The notes beneath the pieces were generated by a model that saw nothing but the letters and a program-made list of their open reading frames with translations, ran no database searches and was not told the origin of the DNA. Below are positions 10,680 through 23,348 of a DNA stretch of 41,490 bases, in pieces. Within the stretch, counting starts at the first letter, position 1; every line of letters starts with the position of its first letter. The position numbers and the translations under genes were made by a program. The stretch is from Veleropilina oligotropha (taxonomy: Eukaryota), in contig JBEUKZ010000025.1 of NCBI GenBank assembly GCA_048128005.1, positions 248,001 through 289,490 on the forward strand. The letters are read 5' to 3'.

Positions 10680-11170
10680 TAAATTAGTGAAACAGATTGG
10701 TGAAACGATTATTGGTTTTTTGATAGATGCACCAAATTTGGCAGAAATGTAAGTCAGGAAGGGTAAATAAAAAGTGGATATGGGCCTCCTTCTGAATATC
10801 CAATATGGCGCCCAAACATCCAAGATGGCCGCCCAAAACACCAATAATGGTATATTTAAATATATTTGTTAACATAAATGTACAGTTATTAATGTTTTGC
10901 TCTTAAAATAAGGTTTAGTCTACACTACCAACTATGCTAGCTTTTATCCAAACGAAAAATCAAACATGGATGCCAAAAAATCAAAAAGATTACAATGTAC
11001 CAATATACATGAAAATGGCGTATTGCATCATATTACTTGGTGTACAGTGTTTATCTATATTTGTTAACAATAATGTACGATTAATTACGTTTTTGCTCAT
11101 AAAATAGGCTTAGTCTACACTACTAACTCTGTAAGTTTTTTTATCAAAACAAAAATCCAACATGGCTGCC
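10680..11170. repeat. Non-autonomous DNA-transposon-like repeat with an internal ~195-bp-period duplication
   Basis: CCAATATGGCG and CAAGATGGCCGCC motifs. The TATATTTGTTAACA..TTAGTCTACACTAC..AACATGG block occurs at 10861 and 11056. Confidence 0.6.
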
Positions 11171-11669
11171 CCTCCTTTTGAAATTGAGAAATGCATATGT
11201 TTCATTGCGAAAACCCCCAATATATTTACTCATACATTGCAATGAAAATGGTTCATAAATGTTTGTAAGAAATATCGCGTTTGCAGGAGAGGGGGTTTCA
11301 CATCGTTAATTATCAAATTTTGGGGGGTCTAACCGGTACGTCCCCCACCCCTCTAGAAAATAAAAAATTGCTTGTCTTTGTTTGTGAATAAAAATTAGTC
11401 TCAAAATGCAGGAGAGGATCGAGATTCACACCGTTTCTTGACTTTACTGGAGATACAGGTGGTCTGGACCCCACGTTTGAAAGCAGAAATGCATGTGTTA
11501 GATTGTGAAAAAATGAAAAAATTACTCATAAGTTTTAGTGAAAAATTAATGGTTTATAAATGTTTGCCCTGTCAGCGTGCAGGAGAGGAGGTTTCAGGCT
11601 GTTAATTGTAAAAAATTTCTTTCGCGTGGGAGCGAATGGTATATTTTCAAAATCCTGGATCCGCCCCTG
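11170..11669. mobile_element. Truncated MITE of the CAGGGGCGGATCC family
   Basis: Ends in CTGGATCCGCCCCTG. Internal TGCAGGAGAGG repeats are shared with the 22128 and 30174 copies. Confidence 0.75.
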
Positions 11670-11929
11670 GAAAGGTTAGAACATGAGAAGCAAAGCAGGC
11701 GCACCTTCGCAGTATCTTCATGATGGTCAATCTGAATCCTCTGAAGAACTAGGAAATTCTGGCGACTTGTGGCGATATGGCCGAGGTATGACAAGTCGGC
11801 AATGTTTGCTATAATCTCTATTACGCGGTCACCTAATGCGATTGCTCTTACGACTGGTGGTACATCAAACGATTGGTGATACACATGGTTGTTCGATCGT
11901 CAACTATTGGAGAAGATCCATCGTAGATA

Positions 11930-12600
11930 ATCTTGCAACTAGTGATGGCGATCAAAGACACGATCAGATATAAAGGCTCGGGATCGTGCGTCGGCATCAG
12001 TAGTCAACTAGCGCTCAAGAATTGCACTTTGTCGAACTTTTCAAATGCAACTAACAACTTCGTAGTTTGCTATGCCTCCCAAGAATGGGAGGGCCGTGGG
12101 AAGATTACCCCGAAGAGGAGCAAAAATCTGATGTCAGGGAGGGTAGGGTTGAAATTCGCCCGATACCGGTCACGCAGGATAACGCCCCCTGGGACATGCC
12201 TGCCAAACCACATGATTCGATGACAATTTAGCAGGGGATGAATCGACAAAGCGAAAAATGGTGTAATAGCTTGAGCTAGCAATACTCTCTATGATTTGTT
12301 CGCTGACCAGCGCCTCCTTGACAAGGAGGACAAGGAGCTCATGCAACATGAGCGATAATTATCTTTAGAAGCCCATTTAATTTCTCAACCAATGTGGGAC
12401 ACCTGGAAGGAGTAAGCTGTGGTAGCTATTCCCAGTGATCATATACCGTAAGATGGTGGCCAGCTTGAGCCCTGGTTCGAGAGCACATCGTTATATGGTG
12501 ACCCACCTTGTTAGCCTGGGTGTCTCTCGGATAATCAGTTCGTGGAACATGCATATGTCGTTGGTAAAATCGCCATGTGACTCTCTTTCCACTTCACTCA
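11930..12600 (+). mobile_element. Highly decayed BEL/Pao LTR-retrotransposon integrase remnant
   Basis: Ordered motifs across frameshifts: SNATNNFV (~SDNGTNFV), ASQ-MGGPWE-RL (~ASHMGGVWERL), RPIP..LPNHMI (~NSRPL..LTPNHFL), WDTWKE* (~FWxRWxKEY), DHIP*DGGQL. Confidence 0.55.
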
Positions 12601-12774
12601 TCAGATTAATGTAGTTGCCGTATAAGGATCGCCTCTCGATGCAGGGATTTATTAGTCAGGGAAGTACAACTGCGGCCACAGCACTCTGATGTTGAAGTTG
12701 CTCCATCTGAAGCTGGGCCAACATTAGTTCGACGAGGCCCTGGTACATCCGTCATAGGAAAATGCTTCACCCGC

Positions 12775-12999
12775 GATCGTGGGCGACTGGTCTACAGTGG
12801 TGGTACGACCATGCAAGACCTGCCTGCGACCTCTTACTATTTATAATCGCATGTCAGAAGATGGGAACATACTCAACTTATTTTGTTCAGGCGATCATCC
12901 ACAACTTCTGCGACCAGTAATGCTCTTTCTACGATTATCACCGATTCCAACATTTTCGATCGCAGCTAGGTCGTAACCTGGTCGCAAGCTTGGGCTTTA
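12775..12999. mobile_element. Harbinger-type MITE fragment
   Basis: Multiple GCGAC/GTCG subterminal motifs ending in GGGCT followed by TTA. Only one end is visible. Confidence 0.4.
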
Positions 13000-13314
13000 C
13001 GCCAGATGTCTCAACCAATTACGTGGCATTTGTATTTATTTATAATTTGATGTCAACATGCAGATACCCCTTATATAATTAATAATATACTCATTTTAAC
13101 AGTATATATTGATGTTATATAGCATTACATCAATACATCAATCGTATAGAGATAAATATTATTAAGTTCACAGTTGGTATTGAATAGTTCGTTTAATAGT
13201 ATGTGTGGGATTTATTAAATATATTATGAGTGGTAATTGATATTTATAGATGTAGTATAGAGTGTGTAGTAGATTTATATAAGCAGCCAAGTGTTTTCAG
13301 TAAATAATGCAATA

Positions 13315-13810
13315 CGCAGCGGTGACGGCGAGAGTGAGGTGTGCATGGAAGAGGCTCAGATAGTTGACACCATTCCTAACATCCAAGGAGTCACCCCTGG
13401 AAATGAATAAGGGTCAAGTGGTCACGACATGTGCCAGAAGCTGCTTGCTCTACGGTTGCGAGAGATGGGTCACAAGAATAGATCATGACATGAAATTGGA
13501 AAGAACGGCATGATACGATGGATGTGTGGTGTGTCTCTGTGGTACATAATGATGAGTGAGGGTTCGAGAAGATGACTGTGGGTGAAGGAAGGACGTCGTC
13601 GACTGGGCGAAGTGCTGCATCTGGTTCGTCGTGGGTGGGCCAGATCCTGCCAGCAGACAAAGGAAAACAGTCACTACGCTGTGTCCATCTACATGCGACA
13701 GATGCGAGTTATGCAGGGTGATACCCAAGACACATAACAGCCAGGTGGAGACGAGCCATACGAAGGACAACGGTGCACCCAGCGATGCATGGAAACCCGC
13801 CCTATTCTTT
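13315..13810 (+). mobile_element. 3' end of a second RTE-clade LINE (5'-truncated)
   Basis: AVTARVRCAWKRLR*LTPFLTSK..KGQVVTTCARSCLLYGCERW..LERT..MIRWMCGVSL matches the RTE RT C-terminal region. Confidence 0.85.
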
Positions 13811-14029
13811 AACTATTCTCTACTCCAATCATGTTTACTGTACACAAGAATAATGAGGCAGCATTAGTATGTTTAACACAGATCAAAGAAGATCTACTAT
13901 TAATCTATGAAATTCCATTGTATTAGTGAACCTGTCATGTTAAGAAGGCATGTTATTGTCGGACTGCTTGTGGGGTGGAAGTATAGGTTTATTGATTGAT
14001 TTAATTTTTGTTTTCGGTTGATCCAATAA

Positions 14030-14362
14030 TTGTTTGACTTTCATTGGATCAGGCAGAGGGTGGCTGTTTACGTGGATCTTCGATCCCTTATGCCGGCCGA
14101 ATCAGCTTAATTTCAGGTGCTGTTGCCGTTCGAACCTTATCGGAGGCAGCAGGTATTTCCGTAGTCAGTTCCTGGATGATGTTATCCGGAAGGTCGCCTT
14201 GGTCATCGATGGTTTTGACTCGTTGAATCTCTTTCTCGTGCTTCCATTTCGGGCAATCATTAGAGTAAGCACAATGCTTACCCTTACAGTTTCTGCAGTA
14301 AGGTGATTTAGTGCAAGAGTGCGACTCGTGGTCTTCTTCACTGCATCGAGCACATGCTGAAA
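14030..14362 (-). mobile_element. ORF1 zinc-knuckle fragment of an I-group LINE
   Basis: CARCSEEDHESHSC-TKSPY-CRNCKGKHCAYSNDCPKWKHEKEIQRVK shows tandem CCHC knuckles followed by the CPxWxxEKEI motif. Confidence 0.85.
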
Positions 14363-15024
14363 TAAGTATTATATATACGTGATATAATATGGAATTACTC
14401 AAACACTCTAAAATAATTTACTAATCAGGTCCTCAATTCCGCGACCAATGCAGAAATAGTTTTTTTCACCTCTCCTCTGAATATAATAAACTGCAACGTA
14501 TCGCCAATGCATCGCCACGAACGTACCATATTGCAGCATACTAACGGCAGGATAACGCTGCATATTTGAAAGGCGTGGCATAAGCACTGGTCGCAACAAA
14601 TATCCTTTGAATGGATATTATCGTTTCGCCAGACCCCAGTCCCTGAACGATACGTCACAAAATTAAAGAATAAATAAAAATAGTGAAATCGCCAGGCAAA
14701 AGCCCCACCCACTGATTGCTATATAACAGAGAGAAAGTTGTGCAACGAGAAAATGGCCCAAATTGGTAAAGACTAGCAATTCGCGGTCACAACTTTGTTA
14801 ATATCAAATCGATATACCTCGTACTGCTGAAATCAATAAACGAGGTATTTTCTTGTTATCAGTGTACTTTTCCAAGTAATTTTGCATAAATATACAGTTG
14901 TGAGTGTAAAACTGTAGATGTTTAGTACTATATTTAAATATTGTTTTTACAATCTCCAATTAAAAAGGTATGTTTAATTCTGGCCTTAAGTCTTCATCAG
15001 TCCAGTTTGGGAGATTTCCTTTTT

Positions 15025-15302
15025 GAGAGAGTGCAGGCTCAAAGAGAGTGTAGGCTCAACGAGAGAGCAGGCTCAACGAGAGTGCAGGCTCAAAGAGAGA
15101 GCAGGCTCAAAGAGAGTGCAGGTTCAAAGAGAGTGCACGCTTAAAGAGAGTGCAGGCTCAAAGAGAGTGCAGGCTCAAAGACAGTGCAGACTCAAAGAGA
15201 GAGCAGGCTCAAAGAGAGTGCAGGCTCAAAGAGAGTGCAGGCTCAAAGAGAGAGCAGGCTCAAAGAGAGTGCAGGCTCAAAGAGAGTGCAGGCTCAAAGA
15301 GA
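15025..15302. repeat. 17-bp minisatellite (AAAGAGAGTGCAGGCTC) x16
   Basis: Counted 16 head-to-tail units plus a partial unit, with no spacers. Confidence 0.97.
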
Positions 15303-16714
15303 AGTATGGTTTATCGTTTGCTTTTAGTGTTAGGAAACTGGACGAATATAATAATAACACAAGAACTATTTATATACTGTGTTGTTGCGATATGCAGAAA
15401 TCGTTTTGGATTTTTATCAGACGTTGCTTCTGTTTACCTTGCTTCATTCCCATGTTAGGTCAAATGGAATATTCCTCTCACAACATTTGTCACGTTGTCG
15501 CAGAAACTGAATGTATCGCTTACGTTTTCATTAATATTTACTAATTTTTTTTGTGACACATACTTTGTGTACACATGTTCAAGCATATAAGATTGAGTTA
15601 GTAAATCGTTTGACATAGGAAAAGCTATAGCTAGATACCGTGCATCGGTGTACCTATATAGGCTATAGCTCTTCTTCGAAAGTTCCTATGCTGGTCACAG
15701 TGGTGTGTCGATGACATAGTGTATTTATAGAACATGGTGACGTCCAGGCATCCAAGTACAATTGCCTATATTTTTCTAATATATAAAAATAAAATTGGTC
15801 CAATATGGCTGAGTTTCAAGTAATTAATGATTATTTTTAAGAGTATAATTCGATATTCTACTGGAATATTCCTTTAATGTTACCTAAATATTAAATTTTA
15901 ACGAGCAACATGAAGCAAATATTTCACTGTGCGGACCACGGTTGAAGCTAGTGAATATAAATACGACCTCTTTTGAACAATGACGGAACAAAAAGAATGT
16001 AATGTTAATTAAAATAACAATATACATGCACCAACAATAAATTAAAATCCTTTACCGGAAGTACAGTTAGTATAACCTATAGTGTTATGTGACAATATAT
16101 CATAAGGGAGAGAATTCGTGATTGCTTATACGGATATTGGAGTTATCTCCCATTGACCACTAATTCAAATAGCACAGGGAGAATAATTATTATCCGACTG
16201 AGTGATTTCGGCCTTTACTTCACCTTTCATATAAATGTGTTTCATTAGCATAATCCATTTCGGCAACAACAACAAAGCGAACTATAATTAAACAAATTTG
16301 TCAGTATCATAGGGCTCCTATAAATGATTAGATTAAGATTTATGCATTTGTCACATATAACTTCTGTAGCTGATCCATTCATTTTCTTCGAATATTGAAT
16401 GTTTCTATATGTCTGTGCTGATTTACTGTGACCGCTTCTGTGACAGACTGGCTACTATGGAGAGCGCTGATTACAAACAACTCGTACTAGTTTCTAATTG
16501 TCCAAATTTCCAGCATTGAAGGATAAAATGTCGTAAACTTCAAGCAGTGATATTTTGGACTAACCTGGATATGAAAGGTGGAAATGTGATAATAAACAAC
16601 AATTCAAATGAAAGCTGTAACTTTATTGAAGATCGAATTTTACGCTGGGGTCATGGTAGGGGCCTTTACTCATATGCTAATAGGCATATTTCAGAGGATT
16701 TGATTGAATTGGAT

Positions 16715-16880
16715 CGATGCCATATTATCGCGGGAGGTCAGCCCGGGAAACCGCCCTCTCCGGTCAGTTACGGACAACTACGATTGATAACTGAACAAAG
16801 AATTCATTGCCCCAATCGAGATTCGAACCAACTCCTCTAAGTTAGCGCAATCGAGCCAGTTATTTCAGGGTCGACCCTTT
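16715..16880 (-). mobile_element. SINE family B, diverged
   Basis: CATATTATCGCGGGAGG..CCGGGAAACCGCCCTCTCCGGTCAGTTACGGACAACT..GATTCGAACC. Confidence 0.75.
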
Positions 16881-17384
16881 AGACTAAACTCTAGACTAGG
16901 CTATTTCAGAAGAAACGGAACAGAAGAACGGTGAAATTTATAGTATCACGTGCGTAGCACACGCTTTCTCGATTTCACATTGCGTATATACATTTCTTGA
17001 CTACTTCATACTCACATCCCTGGTGTGCATGACCTCTCCGTTATGCAGTGAACACGGGCATGGCTTTCAACTCATTCGCCCGATTGCTCTGATAAACTGG
17101 AACGAGGCCAAATTATCGCCTGCGGATTTTATTCAATTATCAGCCACGTTTATCCCGGTCCGTGCTTCCGTCCCGCGATAATATGTATATGTCATAAAAA
17201 TGGTGTTAAAGTAGGATATAAAGCATCTGTCCAAATATCCATGGTTACTTGTCGGTTTCACTGGAGATTCCATGGATTTCATATACCTCTTGGTGCATTC
17301 ATTAAGGTTAATAATGGGGATGATGGCAATCAGTACCCGCACAGTTTGGCTTATTTCATAAACCCAAGATAAATCTGCGTGGAT

Positions 17385-17640
17385 GAAAAGAAAGGATCGA
17401 TGCTTAATGTCCTGTATATTTACAACCATCGGGTTAAAAGCAGGACATGTCCATATTATCGTGGCAGAAAAGCCCGGTCGCCCGGGAAAACCCGCCGTCT
17501 CCGATCAGTTACTGTGATTCATATCTGAATAAATAATGGCATCTCCCAACCTAGATTTCGAACCCACTACTGTCCGTGTGATGGAAATGAAGCCCGTGAT
17601 TTTCGGAGTCTGCAACCGAAAGAAAAGGTCTCCAAGGGCG
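17385..17640 (-). mobile_element. SINE family B
   Basis: Collinear with the reverse complement of 4957-5216 from tail (GGATCGATGCTTAATGTCCTGTATATTTAC) to head. Confidence 0.88.
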
Positions 17641-18080
17641 ACCTCATATTGCCTTAATTATGACAGTTCTGAAATAGAAGGTTACACGATAAGGATAGGT
17701 CATCATCGTGTCTTATTACTAAATTGCTTGTGCGTCTCTAATTTATTTTCCTGATAATGAAACATGATTGATTTCATAGGTGACACACGGTCACCAGAAC
17801 CATGATACCGAATTTGATGGTGCTGACGAGAGACATTATTTTTCTCATCGCGTGGCGAGGGGCATATTAATAATCGCTTCATCGTCTCTTGATTTTAAAC
17901 CGAAGAAGTGATAATGGTTGTGTATTGGTACCTTCGCGTGGTAAGACGGGAAGCGAAGACACGAAGTAACGAAGAGTGCAAGGCGTTAATTACTGACCAA
18001 CAATTCTCCTTTCTAACCACACTGTTGTAGTGTAGGTCTGCTACATTAAATGAAGAACACTGTTGTCGTTTACTACATTA

Positions 18081-18120
18081 AAAGAAGAACAAGACATACG
18101 CGGATTTACATGCATTTATT
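18081..18120 (-). terminator. Candidate polyadenylation site
   Basis: AATAAA on the minus strand at 18120-18115, followed ~20-35 nt downstream by GU/U-rich GTCTTGTTCTTCTTT. Confidence 0.55.
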
Positions 18121-21100
18121 TGATATTTTACACGCGAGGTAGTATTGCATAGTAATTCATGCTGTTACAATAAATGGTAACGTAGACTCAAATGAGACAA
18201 TAGCAAATAATCAAATATATTAATTTTGTCGTATCACTATAAATACTGGAACTGTATACCATTGACCACGTGACACCAAAAGACGTACGACGCATGCCCT
18301 GTTCTATACACGCAGCCAATATTCATCTTAAACATATACGTAACATCGAATATTCTGGTGACTACTTTATCAAGTAACGATGTTTCAATATCCTCAAAGA
18401 AACCGAAATAATAATCAGATAATAGGCCCGAATTAAAGCTACATATCTTGTCAAACGTACAAAGCATATTTATTGGTCGGTTAGTTTATATTTTCTTAAT
18501 GTGAGGAGCAATATCAATAAAGCGAGACTCTTTTGGTAATGAAATTAATGTAATGCTAATACCCTGTTTTTTTAAAATAATTCCGTTATGCAGTTCTCGT
18601 CTTGATTTTGTGACTTCAACACGAGACAACAAGCACCCAATTGGAAGCACCCGTATACACCCGGCTACGAACACAGTGGGAACGGCGAATATCACATTCA
18701 ACTGGTTAGCAAACTTACAGCGCACAACATCGTCCTCATATACATGATTAATTGCGATAAATATTTCTTTAATCTACACAAATTTGCTATGCGCATTTAA
18801 TTACCAGCAGTCATATAATGGTAAAACGTTACAAAGCACAAAACATATTTTTAAAGGGTTAAAAAGTATATATTTTCAAATATATTCAATATAAATGTAT
18901 CTAATCAAACGAATGAGCTAATAATTATGTATGCAGCAAATATTGCAGGGTTATACAGTTAATTGGTACTAACCTTCACGCACACACACGTACATGTCGC
19001 AACAACACACACACTCGCACGCACATGCATGCCTCTACACACAGCCCTACTGATAACTATAATACATTTAAACTGACAAAACCATATTTACATGTCGTAT
19101 ACCCGTATTGAACTTTAACATCTTAAAGCTTTAGAACAATGTTTATAATAAGTATAATTATATAATGCCATAAGATGCAAGACACAACAATGCGCCAAAG
19201 ACCATATCTATAGATAAACTGTATGTACAAAGTAAGCGGAGCTATGTACAAATTCGGGGCCAAAATATACGTATATAAACGCGCAAACCATGTAAAAAAG
19301 CGGGTTCCTGCATTCAACACATACACAGGATTAAGTGCCACCAGCAAGCGCCCCGGCACGTTCCTGCGCATGTAGAATCGAAAGTTATATAAGATGACTG
19401 CGTCTTTTTCTACATGGTACGAAAACAAGACGTTGAAGTACGGTTCATTACATTTCATAAGTTAAATATATTGTTATCAGAGGACTCGTGATTTCTTTTC
19501 ATAAAACTATGGGGGTGTTTTGTTCTAATAAATGTTGATAAAAGCCAATAATTCTTATGTTTACAGAGAATACCATGATCTTTGAGAATTAGCATTTCAA
19601 AAAAATAAATCTAACGGAATCGTTTCATAATATCGGCATTGTGTGAAAGATAATTAATAAATAAATAAATAAAGAAGAATAAATTAACACACGGAACTAA
19701 CCTACATTTATACATTTCGAAGGCCACCGTACTAATAACAAAATCCAGAACCGGAAGTGTCATCACGCATGACGTAATGACCCGGATATTGGCGCCTAGT
19801 TTGCATTGATCTGCATGAGTGAAATAAAGTTTAAGTCTAGGGAGAAACCAATCTCCAAGCAGAGGTATTTCCCTTCCCATGTCGCGTAATCGGCGCATGC
19901 GTGGAGATTGGGGAGAAACCTGAAAGACGTTGTAATACCACTTCAAATATACCACACATCATGTTACATATCATATGGCAACTCGAATTCATAGGGGAGT
20001 AAAAACTCTCCGAATGCAAAACAAAAATAATCAAGAAATATAATGTACATACAAAACGGCAAAATATAATTATACAATCACAAAAGTTCACATAAATAGC
20101 AATACTAATGTCAAATGGCATCTTGAATTCACTTTTGTTTCTTCCACATTAGTATTTGTACACAGGTGCAGTAAGTTAATATACGTGGATATAACATACA
20201 GCCTAGTAGACTTGGTTTAACTACGCTATACAATGTCCTCAACGATGCACAAAGGAAACGTGCTTCTCAAATACACAATAGAATAATCACATCAATTATT
20301 TGGCACGAACGGAAATTCTGTGGATGAAGAAAACATGAAACGAAAGTTGACATCGGATTAACGTTAATTTTGTCGATAATTCTCTCCCCACGGGCAACAA
20401 TAATGAACTGGAATTGTATATACATTCTAAATATATTACAGGCTAACTAACAGATGACATTTCTTCGTATGTATCATTTTACGACTTCAACATGAAGATG
20501 GTCCTCCAATAACGCCACACCAATCTTCAGGTGCCCGCTCTGTGTTTTGAAGACTTTCATTTTGCCAGGTGTTGACATGCCGTGCTATCTTCCAAAGGTT
20601 TGCCTACACCTGCCTCTTTGAAATGTGAAATTAATATGCATTGCCACTGGCGACAAAGTACACACCTTGTTTCAAGTTTCACTTTAATACATTCATATCG
20701 ACTTTGGATGCTTTCGTGAACACATGATAATGAATTGTTTGGAAGTTTTGCAGAAGTAGACATTGCCCAAGTAAGTGTTTGCATGTCTTTCATCATAATT
20801 ACAAATTACATCCACAAGATTCTGTAATTCTTTTCCATATTATATCATTCAAACATAACATTCAATGCAAATACAAATCAGTCCTTACATTTTGTCAATT
20901 CACGTCAGCATACAATTGTTATCAATAATTACAACTTCGTGTGATAATACAAAGTGTCGACTCTTCAACCATAACCTTTACATTCCCTGAGAAGATTCGT
21001 GAGTTAGAACCAATATCATTCAGCACGTAAAAGCACATACACAACACAACGAACAATACATGTTAATTAATACACCATGTACAACACACATATAATAACT

Positions 21101-21497
21101 TTGTTAGCCATATACAGTATACCGGGTACCTTTGTATGTCGATATTGTAATGATTTATTTTCAAATATGAAATGTTCATTAATGTTCAATTCATTGAATA
21201 TATTTCGGAATTATGCATTTTTGACGCAACTCAGCTGTGTCTTCTTATTGGCCTTGTTTGGAACTTTGGCGACTTCACATTAACAAGATTTCGTTCAAAC
21301 CTAAAAGGAAAGAAAGAATACTTAAAACGATACAGAATTAACAAACATCCGATACATTATTTGCTATTTATAATCTTATAGAAGACATGATTTCAGACTC
21401 ATTCGTGCATAATGTTCTTCTCGCAATCATTCGGATGAAAGGTCAGATATAATTTAAAACTTCAAATACAATCACCATCATACGAATAGTTCTTTAT
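18098..21497 (-). other. Candidate terminal exon / long 3' UTR of an unidentified host transcript
   Basis: Strong acceptor CTTGTTTTGTTTTTCAG|ATAAAG at 21498. All frames close within 12 codons. The minus strand appears U/G-rich, is poor in recognisable repeats and ends at the polyA signal. Confidence 0.5.
19849..19910. mobile_element. 62-bp mini DNA transposon with a 9-bp TSD
   Basis: TIR CAATCTCCAAGCA..TGCGTGGAGATTG, with exact TSD GGGAGAAAC at 19840-19848 and 19911-19919. Confidence 0.85.
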
Positions 21498-22127
21498 CTG
21501 AAAAACAAAACAAGAGATGAGACAGTCAGGTTTCGAAAAGTTTTTGAAAAAACAAAATATATGACAATATCGAGGGACAGTAATCCGGGAATGTTCGCCC
21601 TTTAAACAGTATATTTGTCATTGCACATAATAAAATTATATCTCTATATTTGACTATGTATTTCAAAATTCGATCGGTATTTTCGTATCAACAAATGCGA
21701 TGTCAGTTTTTACTATTTTCTGAAAATATCAGAGTACAATGACAGCGACTTTATTAGATTATAATTATGTTTTAACAACTAATTGCATCGGAACTATTAT
21801 AATTAAAATAATGTTATGATATATTCAAATATGTATTTGTCCAACAAACACATTTAAACACGAAAACACTTTTAACATTGATAAATACCTTTAAAAGTTT
21901 GTAACAAATATAACTCGAATACACTTGTTATCCAGTGGAATAACGTTAATCGCAGACACGGTAACAATTATAATACATGGGCTAATTATGAAACATATAT
22001 TTTAAATTAAACAACACTGTTTGGGTGTAGAAATACGAATAAGCACTTGGTATAAATGTACGTGTATACAACTACGCACTAATCGTATATTTTAACGAAC
22101 GAGAACAAGTAAACTTGGTACTAGAAC

Positions 22128-22763
22128 CAGTCGCGGATCCAGGAATTTTGCTTACGGGGGGGGCGCTGAATTTACTATCAACTGTTCGCGAAAGAAAATT
22201 TTGAAAATCAACAGCCTGAAACCCCCTCTCCTGCACTCTGGTAGGGAAAAAGCCACATTTCTTACCAACATTTATGAACCATTTTCACTCAAATGTATGA
22301 GTATTTTTTCACAATTTAACACATTTCTGCTTTCAAACGTGGGGTCCAGACCGACTGTATCTCCAGAAAAGTCGGGGCCCCACGCGCAAGAAAATTTTGA
22401 CAATAAACGGTGTGAAATCACCCCTCCTGCAATATTACATTGCAAAAGCTAATAGTAATACAATTCAACTTTAGTATTTTGGGGTAGGCCTATTTATAAT
22501 ATTCTAAAAGGCTCACCCAGCCGATCCGAGATCTAAATGGGTACTGGTTGGCAGGAAAGAATATTGAATGTATATTGAATGAACAGGCCAATAACCAGGT
22601 AATAATGTAAGCGCTTTGAGCACGCATCTCGTATGTGTGGGAAAGCGCAGATAAATCTTCACATTATTATTATTACATTATTATTTGTATCAGATTATAC
22701 ATATTATTTTAGTATGCTTGACCAGCTTTAGGGTGCGCCCCCCCCCCCCTGGATCCGCGCCTG
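22128..22763. mobile_element. MITE (CAG..GCGGATCCAGG TIR) with 5-bp TSD AGAAC
   Basis: TIRs CAGTCGCGGATCCAGG and CCTGGATCCGCGCCTG; AGAAC at 22123-22127 and 22764-22768. It is an inverted homologue of 30174-30583. Confidence 0.9.
22511..22682 (+). mobile_element. 5'-truncated SINE family C inserted in the MITE
   Basis: CACCCAGCCGATC..AATGGGTACTGGTTGGCAG..GAACAGGCCAATAACCAG..(ATT)n tail. It is absent from the sister MITE at 30260-30295. Confidence 0.8.
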
Positions 22764-23151
22764 AGAACTACCATCACAAGCTGTACCCTTGCAATGTCGG
22801 CGATATGTCGAAGGCCCATCACAAATATATTGCTGAAATTTAATAACTGGCGTTTTAATTGTTTCAGACTATATGCATAAATATATATTCATTATTATGG
22901 GCGTATATAAGGTCACTTTCGCATCACCCGATTTGACGAAATCACATTCAGAAACATCTAACAGTCTTTACACGAATGTCCATATGTATGACCAAAGAAT
23001 GGTGAAATGTCGATTTTAACGACTAATTGACATTCAAAGACTAATAAAATACGCATCTTAACACGAATTGCCAATATAAAAAAGGATATAATGTTGTGGA
23101 TAGCGAAACAACTAAAACATCGCAAAATTATCTCCCTTCACATATGCTAAC

Positions 23152-23348
23152 CATACTAATTTATGCCCGCGCTTTTTGGTAAAACTCCTGCAAGTTGCAA
23201 AATTGCATATAATTCTTCAGCAATGTCGCAAGACCGTATAATCATCAACGTCTTTTGTAAGTATTGTCATCAATTGGTCCAATGTCGTCTGCGTACACAT
23301 CTGGCAGCAGCGCGCGAAATGATCATGGCGCCATTTTGCAAACTTCGT
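23152..23348 (-). other. Candidate internal exon (197 nt)
   Basis: Acceptor CCATTTCAG|ACG and donor ATG|GTTAGC around a more GC-rich island. Stops occur in all three frames, so it is non-coding or stop-bearing. Confidence 0.3.

Noticed and set aside
14985..15010. Hammerhead ribozyme (CTGATGA on the minus strand)
   Set aside because: No stem II or following GAAA core.
15025..15302. CRISPR array or repetitive protein ORFs (15023..15544, 15150..15458)
   Set aside because: Head-to-tail units without unique spacers and no cas genes; the ORFs are by-products of the repeat.
23152..23348. Selenoprotein exon (..RHC-UGA..)
   Set aside because: No recognisable selenoprotein motif, no SECIS identified and the read-through sequence is not protein-like.
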